Part shown: positions 27,701-40,400 of the stretch, piece by piece
How positions within the stretch are numbered: the stretch's first letter is position 1
How the letters are laid out: the number at the start of each line of letters is the position of its first letter
From: the human T2T-CHM13v2.0 reference genome, Homo sapiens
DNA: 64,000 nucleotides
Reading direction: 5' to 3' (one strand)
Assembly: GCF_009914755.1 (NCBI RefSeq)
Contig: NC_060925.1
Program-made: the position numbers and the translations under genes
Notes under the pieces: model-generated
What the model was told of the DNA's origin: nothing
What the model saw: the letters and a program-made list of their open reading frames with translations, nothing else
Databases searched by the model: none

Positions 27701-29199
27701 CATTTATGACTAACTTCTAAGGCTGGAGATTTTTCTCATAAACATAGTGTTTTGTAGTTTTTAAGGAAAAAAAAAAATCCCAGCAGAACTGCAACATCTA
27801 AGCTAAATCTTCTTGCCCCTGAAGTTTAGTTATTTGTCATTGTCCTCATTTGTGACTCAAAGGCAGAGAGAAGAGGGTTCACCAAAACACTTTGAAATAT
27901 CTGTTGGCTGACCCAGCTGGGGAGGGCTGAGCAAATGTGGTGAAGAGGAGCAGAAGAGTGGCCTGGAGCCTCACTTGGGCATCCTGGGACACTCAGTGGC
28001 AAGCAGAAAGGGAATTCTGGAGCCCGTGGCGCGTAGTGTGAGGTCTAAGCAGATCCACTGCAGGCACCACCTCCTCCCCTACTGGAGGCTGCCTGCCCTC
28101 CCCAACTGTCCTCACCTACCTGCGTCACTGGCCACCACTGACCCTCTGGTGGGGAGGTAGCCAGACCCAAGGCAGCTGGGGCCAGGGTTCCCCAGTTAGC
28201 TGATGCCCCTCACCACAGGGATTCAGTGACTCACTCTGAATGAAGCATCATAAATTTCTTCCTAATAGCACACTTGTCACTGAACCATTCCAACAATTTG
28301 GCAGGGCAAGCCATTTGGCTCAAGACAGCAGAGGTAATCCTCTGTTTATAAAGTGTCTCCTGCTGAGCAATGCAGAGGGGTGAGGACCCCTTGGTAGTCG
28401 ATGTCACAACATCCATTTTGAGCTGGCATGATCATGCCCACTTTACAGATGAGGGAGTGGAGTCCCAGGGAGATCACATGGGAAGAATTAGTGACTCAGC
28501 CCCTCAAGCCCAGCTGGGACAGACCCTGGCACCTCACCCCCAGCGGGCAGCACCGTGAAGTGGCTGGCAGCGGGGGCCTTGGCAGAAGACAGCTAGGGTT
28601 TGAATCCTGGTGCTGGGTGACCTCAGACAGGTTCCTTAGTCTCTCTAGGGTCTCCTTCCCTCATGTGCACAACGAGGATAATGCTTAACTCAAGGGGCTT
28701 GCGTAGAGATTCAGCACAGTGCCGGCGCCCAGCAAGCGCCCCTGAGTGGCTGTTTGCTGGTGTACAGTCTCCAGGTAACCGCCACGTGCCTCCCGGTAGT
28801 TCCCTCAGCATCGCTACTGGGCGCCCTGTGTCCTTCCTGTGGCACTCTATCCTCTCATTGTTCTTCTGAGTAAAGAAAGGTGGCCATCGACATTATATTA
28901 TTTAATACTCCCAGGGGGCATTTGGGGAGGTATTATTAGCCCTAGTTGACAGGGGTGGGAACTGAGGCTGAGAGTTTGGGTGACTTCTCCAAGACCCCCC
29001 AGGGGCGTGCCAGAGCCAGGGTCAGACTCGGAATTCATTCACCAACACAACAGTTGCCAGGGGAAGCCCATGGTCGGTGACCAGCTGCCACCAGGGAAGT
29101 TCCGGATGCGGCTAAGTATTTTTGTCGCTGCATTCTTCCCAGGCAGCTCACTCCCTGGACTCTGGACAGTTGCCAAGGAGGTGTGAAGGGAAGGCAGGA

Positions 29200-30290
29200 G
29201 GAGGACTTCCTGTGGAGGGCGCAGGCCAGGCAGTGAGGCAGCCGAGCTGTCGCTTCCGGAGCTGACATTGCACATCTCGCTCATGCATGCGACACTGCTG
29301 CAGACGAGGCTCAGTGCCGTCCCCGTTTTCCAGAGGCAAAGGAGTCACAGAGAGCTCCCGTCCCTTGCCCCGCCTGCCCTGGCGCCCACCTGTGCTGCTG
29401 CCCTACTGCCTTCCATCAGGGAGGATAAAGCCGACCGGGGCAGTTTGGAAACCACATTCAGACCAAATGACCCTTCCCCACCACCGCGGGCGCCGCAGCC
29501 CTCTCTACCTGCAGCAGCCTCTGGGCCTCTCACCAAGTAGGCCGCAGCCTCCTTGAGCTTCTGCGTTGGGGGCGGTTGGGGGTCAGGGAGGGGCCTCTCC
29601 TGCTGTCGCCACGCATCCTGGGGACACAGAGGTGGCATCAGTCTGGGCAGCGTCTTCAAGACTCCACACCTCAACGCTACCTCTCTGTGCCGGCCATGAA
29701 GCCGGGACTTCGTTAGAGGACCCGGCGGGTCCTGGAGCCGGCAAGGACTTCGCAGTGCTCTGCCCGCCCCCCGCAGCCTCCCAGCCCCCGCCACGTGGGC
29801 CCCGAGCGCGCCGCCGTGCCCCGCGCCCCTCCATCTCTACGCTCTGAGCCGCGCGCCCCCGCCAGGTCCTCGCGGACTGGAGGCGCCGGCCCCAGCCAGA
29901 AACAGCCGGAGCCAGCGCCGCCGGACTGTGCTGGGCTCGGGCTGAGGAAGCTGAGGGACCCAGTGGCTCCCCAGGCGGCCTCCTGTGAGGGGCTCAGGAG
30001 AGCGCCTGCTCCAGAGGCGGCGGGCCCTAGATCCTACAGACCGCCTAGGGGGCCACAGTCGGGCAGTCCAAGGCTGCCCTGCGGCGACCCGGCCTATGTC
30101 ACAGGATTTCACAGCTGCTAAGGGACTGGCCTCCTCTGCCGTCACCGACACCCGAGAGGGAGCTGCGGGGTGGGGTAATGGTTTAAGTTTGGGGTTCCAG
30201 AAGCTTAGGGTGGAATGACAACCCCCCCCCGCCCCGCCCCGCCCCGCCCCGCCCCGCACACGGGACGTGTCTTTCCTCCGAGGGTGACCC
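29200..30290. promoter_or_regulatory. CpG island (no linked coding exon recognised)
   Basis: very high GC and CpG density peaking at 29690-30160; CACGTG E-box 29792-29797; ETS-like CTTCCGG 29253; multiple GC boxes. Confidence 0.85.
30222..30257. repeat. C9(GCCCC)5 GC-box array / minus-strand G-quadruplex motif
   Basis: cccccccccgccccgccccgccccgccccgccccgc. Confidence 0.9.
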
Positions 30291-30940
30291 TGGGGAGGTC
30301 CTTTCACCTGTGGGCTGTCTCCGCACTGCTTCAGGGCCTGTGACATGGAGGGCTGCTGTGGAGGAAGGAGCCTAGAACTTGCTAGACCTTCATACACACC
30401 TTCCCGGGAGCCTGGCCTCCCTGCAGAGCAGTCTCTGACACAGAAAAGGAAGGAATTAGCATAATCACCAATTACACTCTCTCCACTAGCTTCCCTGTGA
30501 AAATAATTTGCCGGTGCCCAGAGGCAGGGCTCCTCTAAACAGCCACCAGGTCGGGCGACGTGAGGCTCAGGGAATTGTGGAATTAAGCTAATTAAGTGGA
30601 AGCCGTCCTCCTGGGGCTGTGTGTTCCTGCGGCTCTGAACGCATCGTCTTACACACAAAAGCAGCTCTAGAAAATGTGGAGAAGGCACGGAGTGATGCCA
30701 ATGACGAAGATGATTAGAGGGTTGGAAAATGAGATGGATGTCAGATTAAAGGTTAAGGCAACTAGGAGTGTTTAGCCGGAAGGAGGAAAGAATGAGGAGC
30801 AGGAGCAGGCAACTTAATCATCTTTTCCCATGTTGCGTGAAGAAGATACCCCTCGGCTCCTTCCCTCCCCGAGACTGCGCTCTCCCGCCCTCACTCCCTG
30901 TATCTTTATCTCACGCATATTTGTGTTCTATTTACTTTTC

Positions 30941-31248
30941 TCTCTTTTGTTTTTTTCCTTCTTTTCTTTTTCTGCTTTTTGTTTGTTTTGTTTTGTTTTT
31001 TTCTTTTTCGAAACCAGATATCACTCTTCCAGGCTAGAGTGCTGTGGCACGACCATCACTGCAGCCTCCAACTCCTGGGCTCAAGTGATCCTCCCACCTT
31101 AGCCTCCCGAGTAGCTAGGACCACAGGCATGCGCCACCACACCTGGCTAATTTTTAATTTTTTTGTGGAGATGGGGTCTTGCTGTGTTGCCCAGGCTGGT
31201 CTTGAACTCCTGGCCTCAAGTGATCCTCCTGCCTTGGCCTTCCAAAGC
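30941..31248 (-). mobile_element. AluJ, slightly 5'-truncated
   Basis: TSD tctatttacttttc at 30927-30940 and 31249-31262. Confidence 0.93.
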
Positions 31249-31863
31249 TCTATTTACTTTTCAATTCATTTTGACCTTTATGGAGCATCTACTCTGTGCC
31301 AGACACTTTACCAGATTCTGGATCTACCAATGATGAAAAGACAGGGTTTCTGCCTTGCAGGTCAAGTAGAGAAATGAGTCCATAACCTCAAACTATGCAT
31401 ACTGTAGGACTGTAGTGCTTCAGGTGCTACGGGAGCTCAGGAGCACTGTGGGCTGCTCAGCCCTGTCTGGGCTTCAGGGTAGTTTGATGAGGTGATGCCC
31501 AAGTGGAGACTTGAAGAATGAATCAGTGAGCCAGGTGAGGACGGGTGGGGAGAGCATTCCAGACAGCAGAAGCAGCCTGAGCCCAGAATGCCAAATGCAG
31601 TGTTTGAAGGCAACTACGGCTGGCCTTTACTGAAGCCAAAAGTAGAGAAGCAAAAAGGGTGGTTCAGGGTGTGGCCAGAGGGCCAGGCAGGGCCCAGATC
31701 CTAAGGTCCTGCACCCTGGGATAGGGAACATGAGCTTTATCTGGAAACCAGCACTTCCCAGAGTGTTGAGAATAATATAGGTTACATGCAGCGTTAATAA
31801 AAGTTCCAAAATAAATAAAAGGTGCTTCTTGGTAAAATAAGTTGAATTGACCTTGAGTTAAAC

Positions 31864-32050
31864 CAGTGATTCTCCACTAAGGGCTGATTTTGCCCCCCGC
31901 CCCCAACCCACCCAGGGGACATTTGGCAATGTCTGGAGATATTTTTGGTTGTCCCAATTTGGGGGTAGGGTGCTATTGGCATCCAGTGGGAAGAGACCAG
32001 GGATGCTGCTTATCATCCTACAATGCACGGGGCAGAACCCTACAAAAACT
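31864..32050. mobile_element. MER20 (partial)
   Basis: cagtgattctccac...ggggacatttggcaatgtctggagatatttttggttgtc...tggcatccagtggg..gaccagggatgctgct. Confidence 0.88.
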
Positions 32051-32526
32051 GCTTCCCCCTCCTCAGACTCCCACAGCCCCTGCACAGGCCCTGCAGATTG
32101 TTCGTCTCTGTACTGTCATGGTCTTTTCACTGGTTGGTCTCCCTGCTGGACTGTGCAGGTCCTAATGGCTGGGTTCAGGTAGCCAGGATTTGGAGGAGGA
32201 CAGAGGAAGATGTGGAATAGAGGACATCCTGGCAGGGTTGGATGGAGGCGGCTACACTGGGTGGAATCTGGCTCTTTGGGGATACTTCTGCCATCAGTGT
32301 TGGTGGTTGATTCTAGAGGCTGTTTCCATTCTAGCAGCCCCTCACCAGCGGTGCCTGGGGCGTGGGGAAATTAGACCTGACCCTGAGGAGCTGGCCAGGT
32401 CAGTTAGAGTCAGGGACCTGCTCTCTGCTGGGCACTGTGAGGGTGCTGGGAAGACCATCCTCTATGGCCAGGTTCTCCCCTGTTTAATTTTTCTTCCCAG
32501 AATCTTGTAACATATCTGTTTTTTAG

Positions 32527-32851
<325 letters not shown>

Positions 32852-33000
32852 ACCTGTCTCTTCTCTTCACTCCACTCCCCACCCCCGAATGTCAGCCCCA
32901 TGAGGGCAAGGCTTTTAATCTGTTTTGTTCATGGCAGTATTCCCAGTGTCTAGAGCAGTGACTGGCATGTAGATTGTGCTCAACTAAAATTTGTTGAATG

Positions 33001-33308
33001 GGCCAAGCACAGTGTCTCATACCTGTAATCTCAGCGCTTTGGGGGGCCAAGGGGGGAGAATCTCTTGAGGCTAGGAGTTTGAGACAGCCTGGGCAACATA
33101 GTGAGACTCTGTCTCTATGAAAAATTTAAAAATTAGTTGGGCATGGTGGTGCATGCCGGTGGTCCTAGCTACTTGGGAGGCTAAGGTGGGACGAGCGCTT
33201 GAGCCCAGGAGGCAGGTTAGAGTGAGCTATGATTGTACCACTGCACTCCAGCCTGGGTGACAGAGCAAGATTCTGTCTCAAAAAATAAAAATAAAAATAA
33301 AAATAAAA
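33001..33308 (+). mobile_element. AluJ inserted in an L2 tail
   Basis: TSD aaaatt(t)gttgaatg. Confidence 0.93.
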
Positions 33309-34205
33309 ATTGTTGAATGAATGAACATCTGAATCCCTATCCTGCTCTACAGCTAGCTCAGAGTGCCTGGTGCTGGGGTTAAAGTCTACCACGGCAGGAA
33401 CAAGAAATTCCCAGGAAGTCTCCCTCCTAAAACATGTAGCAGTTTTTCATTATCCAGAGTGATCATTCTGAAATTGCTTTAGGGGGAAAGACGTGGGAAC
33501 TTCACACTTCCACCCAGGGTGCCCCCTCAACAATCTGGAATGATGGACTAACCATTAGCTGAGGGAGGAGGGGGCAGGACAGGATGATGCAAAAGGCCAA
33601 GCTAGCCGACTGCCAAATGAAATTGTAGTCACTTGACAGGGCAATGGCATGAGCAAAGGTCTCCTGTCTCCCGGAACTGTTGCCAAGCATTGTGACACAC
33701 GGGCCTAATCGCATCTGAGTGCGGTGCTGCAGAGGAGCGGCCCACGCGGCTGGCAGGGCTTCAGTCACTGCCTGCTTGCCTGAGGAAGCCCATGCATCAC
33801 GATGGGGGCCAACAGGGCTCCCCAGTTACACACGGGGAGTGAGGACCAAAGCGGGAGAGCAAGTGCCTGCTGGTCCCCTTGGAAACAACACAAGAAAATA
33901 AACACTTGTGGGTAGAAGTAGGTGTCCAGGCCTAGTCAAGGTTGCCAGGGAATTTTGTGCTAATGGGGGTTCTGTTTACCCCTAAGGCAGCAGCTTGGGC
34001 TGTGAGCAGAGCAAGGCTGTTAGGAATCTGGGTTCAAATCTCAGCTGACCCTCCAAGCTGTGAGTTCCGGGCTGCAGAGGCTAAAGATCTCCAGCTGTCC
34101 TTTTGAGCTTTGTGGCCCCAGGAAAGTCATTTATAAAAAGTATGTGTAGGTGAAGGCAGGGCTTGTTATCTGCTCTGCTAAACTACAGATTTATTGGGAG
34201 GATCA

Positions 34206-34535
<330 letters not shown>

Positions 34536-35120
34536 AGCTGAAAAAAAGGTAGAGCAAGAGGAAGGGCCTTGAACCCTAAAGTGTGAGGTGTAGGTAGGAA
34601 TGAGGGGGATGCAGCAGTGCCCCCCAGGATGGGGATGTGCATCGGAAACAATGGCAAGCTCTCCCGGGAGGGGTGGCCTTTGAGTTACCAGTGGAAACCA
34701 ATTGGCTTCCATGCACACTCCTCACCTGCAGGAGATGCCTTCTTAGTCCCTGGGGTTGTTGGAATTCTACTTAAGGCCTCTTAACGGACAACTCCCTGGA
34801 GGCCCAGAGACACACAGATCATATGGGCTGTCTGAATGATTACTTTATTATAGTAAAGTAATTTATTATATAGTATATAATTTATAGTCAGCTTACAGTC
34901 ATGTAGCATTTTCAATTTGTCAAACTCTTTCCCACAAATGTAATCCTTAAATAGCACCAAAAGCTAGGAATTTTTATGCTCATGTTACACACAGTTTTAC
35001 AGAAGCTCAGAAAGGATGGGTGAATTTCCCAAAGTCACACAGCCAGTTAGTATCAGAGACAGGCTTTGAGTTCAGGTCTCTGACTGCAGGTTAGTTTGGT
35101 GTTTGCTGTGTACATAAGAC

Positions 35121-35168
35121 GGGCGACAGAGCGAGACTCCGTCTCAAAAAAAAAAAAAAAAAAAAAAA
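35121..35168 (+). mobile_element. Ultra-truncated young Alu (25-nt body + A23)
   Basis: gggcgacagagcgagactccgtctc + A23; TSD aagac at 35116-35120 and 35167-35171. Confidence 0.9.
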
Positions 35169-35946
35169 GACTGTTCTCTCCTTCCATAGTTCTGTCCTCG
35201 CCTCCTTTTTTTAGGGTCTTTGGTTTGGGGCCCACTTTTTTTGTTTGTGTTGTTTAACCACCCTCCCCTGAAAAATCTAAGCAGAACCCTCTTTCTGATG
35301 AGGACACCCTGGAACACAGAATTCTCTCTGGGACAGGCTACTGTTCTAAGAGCTTAGCCTGGGCAGCTTCCTCAGCTGTTGCCATGCCCTTGGGGTGGTG
35401 CACCTGGAAGGGCTCCTTACCTAGTCTGTGCTCCATCTGCCAAGAGAATCTGCCATCCTCAGGAAGACATAATTATTCCAACATGTATAGATTGCCTGAG
35501 AAGATGATTTCCTAGATCTCCCAGATATGAGATGATGAACACTCTCTCTCCTTAAAATAAGTACAGTTCACTCACTTCCCTGTGGAAAGGGAATTTTGCA
35601 CTGGGATTCTGAATGCTAGGAATAAAATGAAGGAAAGAGAGGGTTAGTTTACAATAAAGATTAAAATACTCTCTGATGTTTAAAATAACACTTCATATGC
35701 TACCAATTCATTTCACATCCATTACTACATTTATTCCTTACAATAGCCCTGTGAGGTATTATCAGCCCAATTTGAAAAATTGGGGAAACTTTGGTTTAAA
35801 AGTGCATAGATGACTTGCCCAAGGTCACAAGGCTGACACGCAATAAAGATGGAACAAAGACGTGGCTCTTCTAGGAGTCCAGGGCTTTCACAGATGGCAA
35901 CAGCTGTTACTTTCCGTAGGTGAAAAGTTAATCAACAATAAATTCA

Positions 35947-36240
35947 GGCTGGGCGTGGTGGCTCAAGCCTGTAATCCCAGCACTTTGCAAGGCTGAGGAG
36001 GGTGGAACACTTGAGCCCAGGAGTTCAAGACCAGCAACATAGTGGGACTCCATCCCTACAAAAAATTAAAAAATTGGCTGGGTGTAGTGATGCATACCTG
36101 TGGTCCCAGCTACTCAGGAGGCTGAGGCGGGAGGATCACTTGAACCCAGGAGGTCGAGGCTGCAATAAGCCATGTTAACACCACTGCACTCCAGCCTGGG
36201 CAACAGAGTGAGACCCTGTCTCGAGAAAACAAAAGACAAA
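35947..36240 (+). mobile_element. AluJ
   Basis: dimeric Alu; TSD aaattca. Confidence 0.92.
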
Positions 36241-36580
36241 ATTCAAAGGTTGATTAAACGTAGGGACTTCTAATGAGAATCCCTTTAAATTCCATAACAT
36301 TATTACTTATCTTTTCTCCAAGAATGAGAAAATTAGGCTAAGGCATCTAATTGATGCTCACCACAAACCTATGATCCAATATTATAGCAGGTACATGAAG
36401 ACGGATGAGAGGTATATATTAAGAGACTCACCAGTCATTGCTTGATGTTGGGTCCATGGGCATTGTCCAGGACTTTGACTTTAAGAGCGTCCAGGCTGGT
36501 GTTGTCTCTATGAGTAGTTACAGAGCAATACTCGGTTTCTTACCCAGATGCCCAGAGGAATGTAAGAATAAGTGTAAATC

Positions 36581-36869
36581 AGCCGGGCACGGTGGTTCAT
36601 GCCTGTAATCCCAGCACTTTGGGAAGCCAAGGCAGGTGGATCACGAGGTCAAGAGATCGAGACCATCCTGGCCAACATGGTGAAACCCCATCTCTACTAA
36701 AAATACAAAAATTAGCTGGGCGTGGTGGTGCGCCTGTAATCCCAGCTACTCGGGAGGCTGAGGCAGGAGAATTGCTTGAACCTGGGAGTCAGAGGTTTCA
36801 GTGAGCCGAAGATTGCTCCACTGTACTCCAGCCTGGTGACAGAGCAAGATTCTGTCTCAAAAAAAAAAA
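36581..36869 (+). mobile_element. AluSc-like
   Basis: gatcacgaggtcaagagatcgagaccatcctggcc; TSD aagtgtaaatca. Confidence 0.95.
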
Positions 36870-39157
36870 GTGTAAATCACAGTCTTCACCTTCAAGGAGT
36901 TTACAATTTGTCAGGAAGGTAAGGTTTATTATGAAATCTTTGAATTGTCGTGTACAAAACAGAATGGAATTGAATGCTCATCTGCTTGGTACCTAGTCTG
37001 AGAAGGCTTCATGAAGGAAGTAGGTCTTGACAATGGGTAGGACTTAGAGGGAGAGGAAGGAGAAAGGGTTTCCAGTCTGGTGGAGGAGTTACCAAGCAGC
37101 AGAAGGGTATTGGGGGTGCGTGGCTCCCAGGGCCACCCTGCCCACACTCCTGGCACTCTGGTCATTCTGCATACATTACCTGGGTCCTTGTACAAGCTAG
37201 GTTTTAACTCTCAGCCTTTGTACCTGCTATTTCCTCTTTTGGAAAGAGCTTCCCTCCCTTGAGTTTTTGTCCCACATCTCTCATGCCTTATTTACCTGTT
37301 AAACTCTTCTCTCCTGCCACTTCAACTTCGATTCTACCATGAGACTGTCTCTGACCCACTGTGGTGCTTTGTCTTCCTCTTTGTGGCACTAACCACGTGG
37401 AGGAATGTTTTGTTAGTGAGCCTGTGTCCTCCACCAGATCATGCCCCTTGAGAACAGGGACTCCTTTCTGTTAATTTTTGTATGGTATTTGTTGAATAAA
37501 TATAAACAAAAGAAGGAAATATTGAATGAATGAATGAATGAATGAATAAGTCTGCAAAAAGATACTCTCGCTATAGGTTCACCTAGAACCAGTGGTGCCC
37601 TGGGCCACTAGATGAAATATGCCTAATAAATTGTACAGAATTAATGATTCTGCAATGAATGATCGATGAATTGACTGAGCTATATATAGATGAGAGTGAA
37701 AACACATCATCGCTATTCAGCTGACTTGGTTGACATTTTTGTTTTAACCTTTTTCCTTGAAGTCTGTGAGGCTGAGACCTGGAGGATCAGGAGGAGTTCA
37801 TCGAGGGTAGGGTGCAGAGCATGCTGAATGGCCTGTGCAGGGGCTGGAGGAGAGACAGCATGGGCTTAATGCAAGTGGTTCAGCAGCAGCTCAAAGGCCA
37901 TGAGCAGAATCTGGAAAGGCAAGAGAGGAGGCCAGAGAAGCGAGCAGGGGCCAGAACTCCAGACGAATTCAACTGCTTCCTGAGGACAGTAGGATATAAT
38001 TAGAACCTTTAATTTAAGCAAGGTGTGTTGCAAGACTTTTTTTAAAAAAAGAAAGAGAAACTTGACTGAAATGTAAAGAATGGTTGGAGCAGAATAAGAC
38101 TGGAGGCTGCTGGGAGGCTGGATTTAAGGCTGTTGCAGAAACTTGGGTATGGGATGGTGGGGGCTGGACTAAGGTGGCAGCTGTGGGGTTGGAGAAGGGT
38201 TAAGGAGGTAGAATGGACACACCTTAGTGACAGTAGGATTGGCGGGTGGTGAGGGTGCTGGTGGTGGGAATCTAAGCAAAGGAGTCGAGGGTGATAATGC
38301 TAAGGGGTCTGGATTGGGAAGCTGGGTGGATTTCAACTAAGACGAGAGAATCTGTGGGAAGAGGTACAGTTGGGATGAGAGGGAGGAAAGAATAAGTTAT
38401 TTCCAGGAATTTTTCTAAACATAGGTTTTGTTGAAGGTCTTAATTATATGATATATAGATATAGATATACATACACCTAGATGTTTTCCAATTAGTGTAA
38501 TTGCAATAATTCAATTAATTGATTTGGTTACTTAATGAAGTTGAAATAGTATGCTTTTTCAATTAATGTAATAACTATCTTTCCACGCTATTATAAACTA
38601 TGTGCTATTATAGAATCTTCATGAACATTAAAGGGCAAAATGTAAATAAATATGTACGCTGTAAGAGAAAATGAGGGTCAGGTATACTAGTTGAAGGGGT
38701 TCCCCTGCTGCACTCCTACAGGAGCAGGACAGCCTCAGCGGCCCACCCCCAGCATCTTCTGGGAGAGGCCTGTTCTTAGGGCAGAGAGTGAGAAGAGCCT
38801 ACAGCTGTACCCAGGAGGCCCCAGGAGCATCACTACAAAAGGGGCAGGGGACCCAGTGGGAAGTCAACCTCAGGAGCAAGGGCAGAAGGGGCTCAGGGGA
38901 AGATCTGTGACTATGAAAGGGATCTGAAGAAAACTTTCCCAACCGACTGGCAAGAGAAAATGACAGTGTCTTTGAATGTATTCTGTAATATCAAAAACGG
39001 AATACAAATTTACGGAACTATCAGTGTTATCCACAATCAAAACTATCCATTTAAAACTGATGGAAGTTTTCCTAGTATTCAGCTGTAAAACAACAGGCAT
39101 CGTGAAGGAGACTTTTTTTTTACCACCTTCTCCTTTGTACATTTTGAACCATTCAAC

Positions 39158-39187
39158 TATATATATGTGGGTGTGTGTGTATATATA

Positions 39188-39229
<42 letters not shown>

Positions 39230-39413
39230 CACCTCCTGGGTTCAAGCCATCCTCCCACCTCAGCCTCTGGAGTAGCTGGGACTACAGGCGTGTTTTTAGT
39301 AATTTTTGTGTTTTTAGTAGAGTTGGGGTTTCACCATGTTGGCTAGGTGGTGATCTGCCCACTTCCGCCTCCCAAAGTGCTGGGATTATAGGTGTGAGCC
39401 ACTGCTCCTGGCC
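39158..39413 (-). mobile_element. Internally deleted Alu preceded by a (TA)n microsatellite (39158-39226)
   Basis: ctccacctcctgggttcaagc...gtgagccactgctcctggcc. Confidence 0.88.
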
Positions 39414-39884
39414 ACAACAATAATTTTTTAAAAAATTCTCTAAATTTATGTAAATCATTCTCACATGCACTTATTCATTATTATTCAACCATATAAAGAC
39501 AAGTCAGATCACTAGGATTTTTTGGTATCAAGAAATCCTAAAAAGGAAGGCAGCGATTGTGTCTCACAGTAATTTTATTCAACAGAAAAGCATGAGGCCC
39601 ATGCCTAGGATAACATTAGATGATCACATATTGAACTAAAAGTAAATGAGTCACAGTGGCTTACAGAGGGAAAGGGCATGGCATGAAATGTACAGGATTT
39701 AGATTCCAGTTGGGCTAAACTTCTTGGTGCCTCAGTTATTTTCATCTGTAAAATGAGTATAATTAAACTTTTATAAAGAAACATTATTGGACTCAACCAG
39801 GATAACCTCTGGGAAGCCAGCTAGCACCTGTGACCTACAACTCTCTATGTGCCAGTTTGTTGAATCTTAGAAATAATAACTTTT

Positions 39885-40400
39885 CATGTGCAGGAATGCT
39901 TTTGACTACAAATGATGGAGAAACCTGACTGGAAGGCTGGGATAAATAGGGGCTTATTTTCCTCACTGTATAACATGTTTCTGGAGTCAGTAAGTCCAGG
40001 GCTGGGGTAGGGTGACCAATGTCCAGATTTGCCCAGGATCATTCCTGTTTTAGCATCTTGGGAAACCTCCACATAATTGGTCAGCCTGGGAGTAATGGTC
40101 ATCAGTTCACCAAGGTGCTTTCTTCTTTTTCCCTTGGCCAGTCTGACTGTGGCTTGCTCCCTCATGGTTGCAAGGTGACTGTTGCACCTTCGGGTATTAC
40201 ATCTGCATTCCAGGTGGGAGGAAGGGGGATGGCAAAAGGATCCAAGGCATTCTCTTAGAGAAGTTTACCTCTTATTCTGGAAAGAAAGTGTTCCTCAAAG
40301 ACTTCCACTTACAGCTTATTGGCCAGAGCTGTCTCACTAGCTGCAAGAGTAGTTGGGAAATTAAGGCTTTGTTTCCATGCTAGTAGAAGAAGGCTAGGGA
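39885..40400 (-). mobile_element. Old MLT1 (K/L-like) LTR with a nested MER81-like hAT-Blackjack MITE (40008-40088)
   Basis: ccctcatggttgcaaggtgactg...acatctgcattccagg; the nested element has tagggtgaccaa...ttggtcagcct TIR-like ends. Confidence 0.6.

Noticed and set aside
29837-30688. 283-aa minus-strand ORF over the CpG island
   Set aside because: Stop-poor GC-rich DNA; low-complexity product with no recognisable domain.
36425-36512. Minus-strand exon-like segment ending in a GTGAGT donor
   Set aside because: The acceptor has almost no pyrimidine tract and the translations match nothing known.
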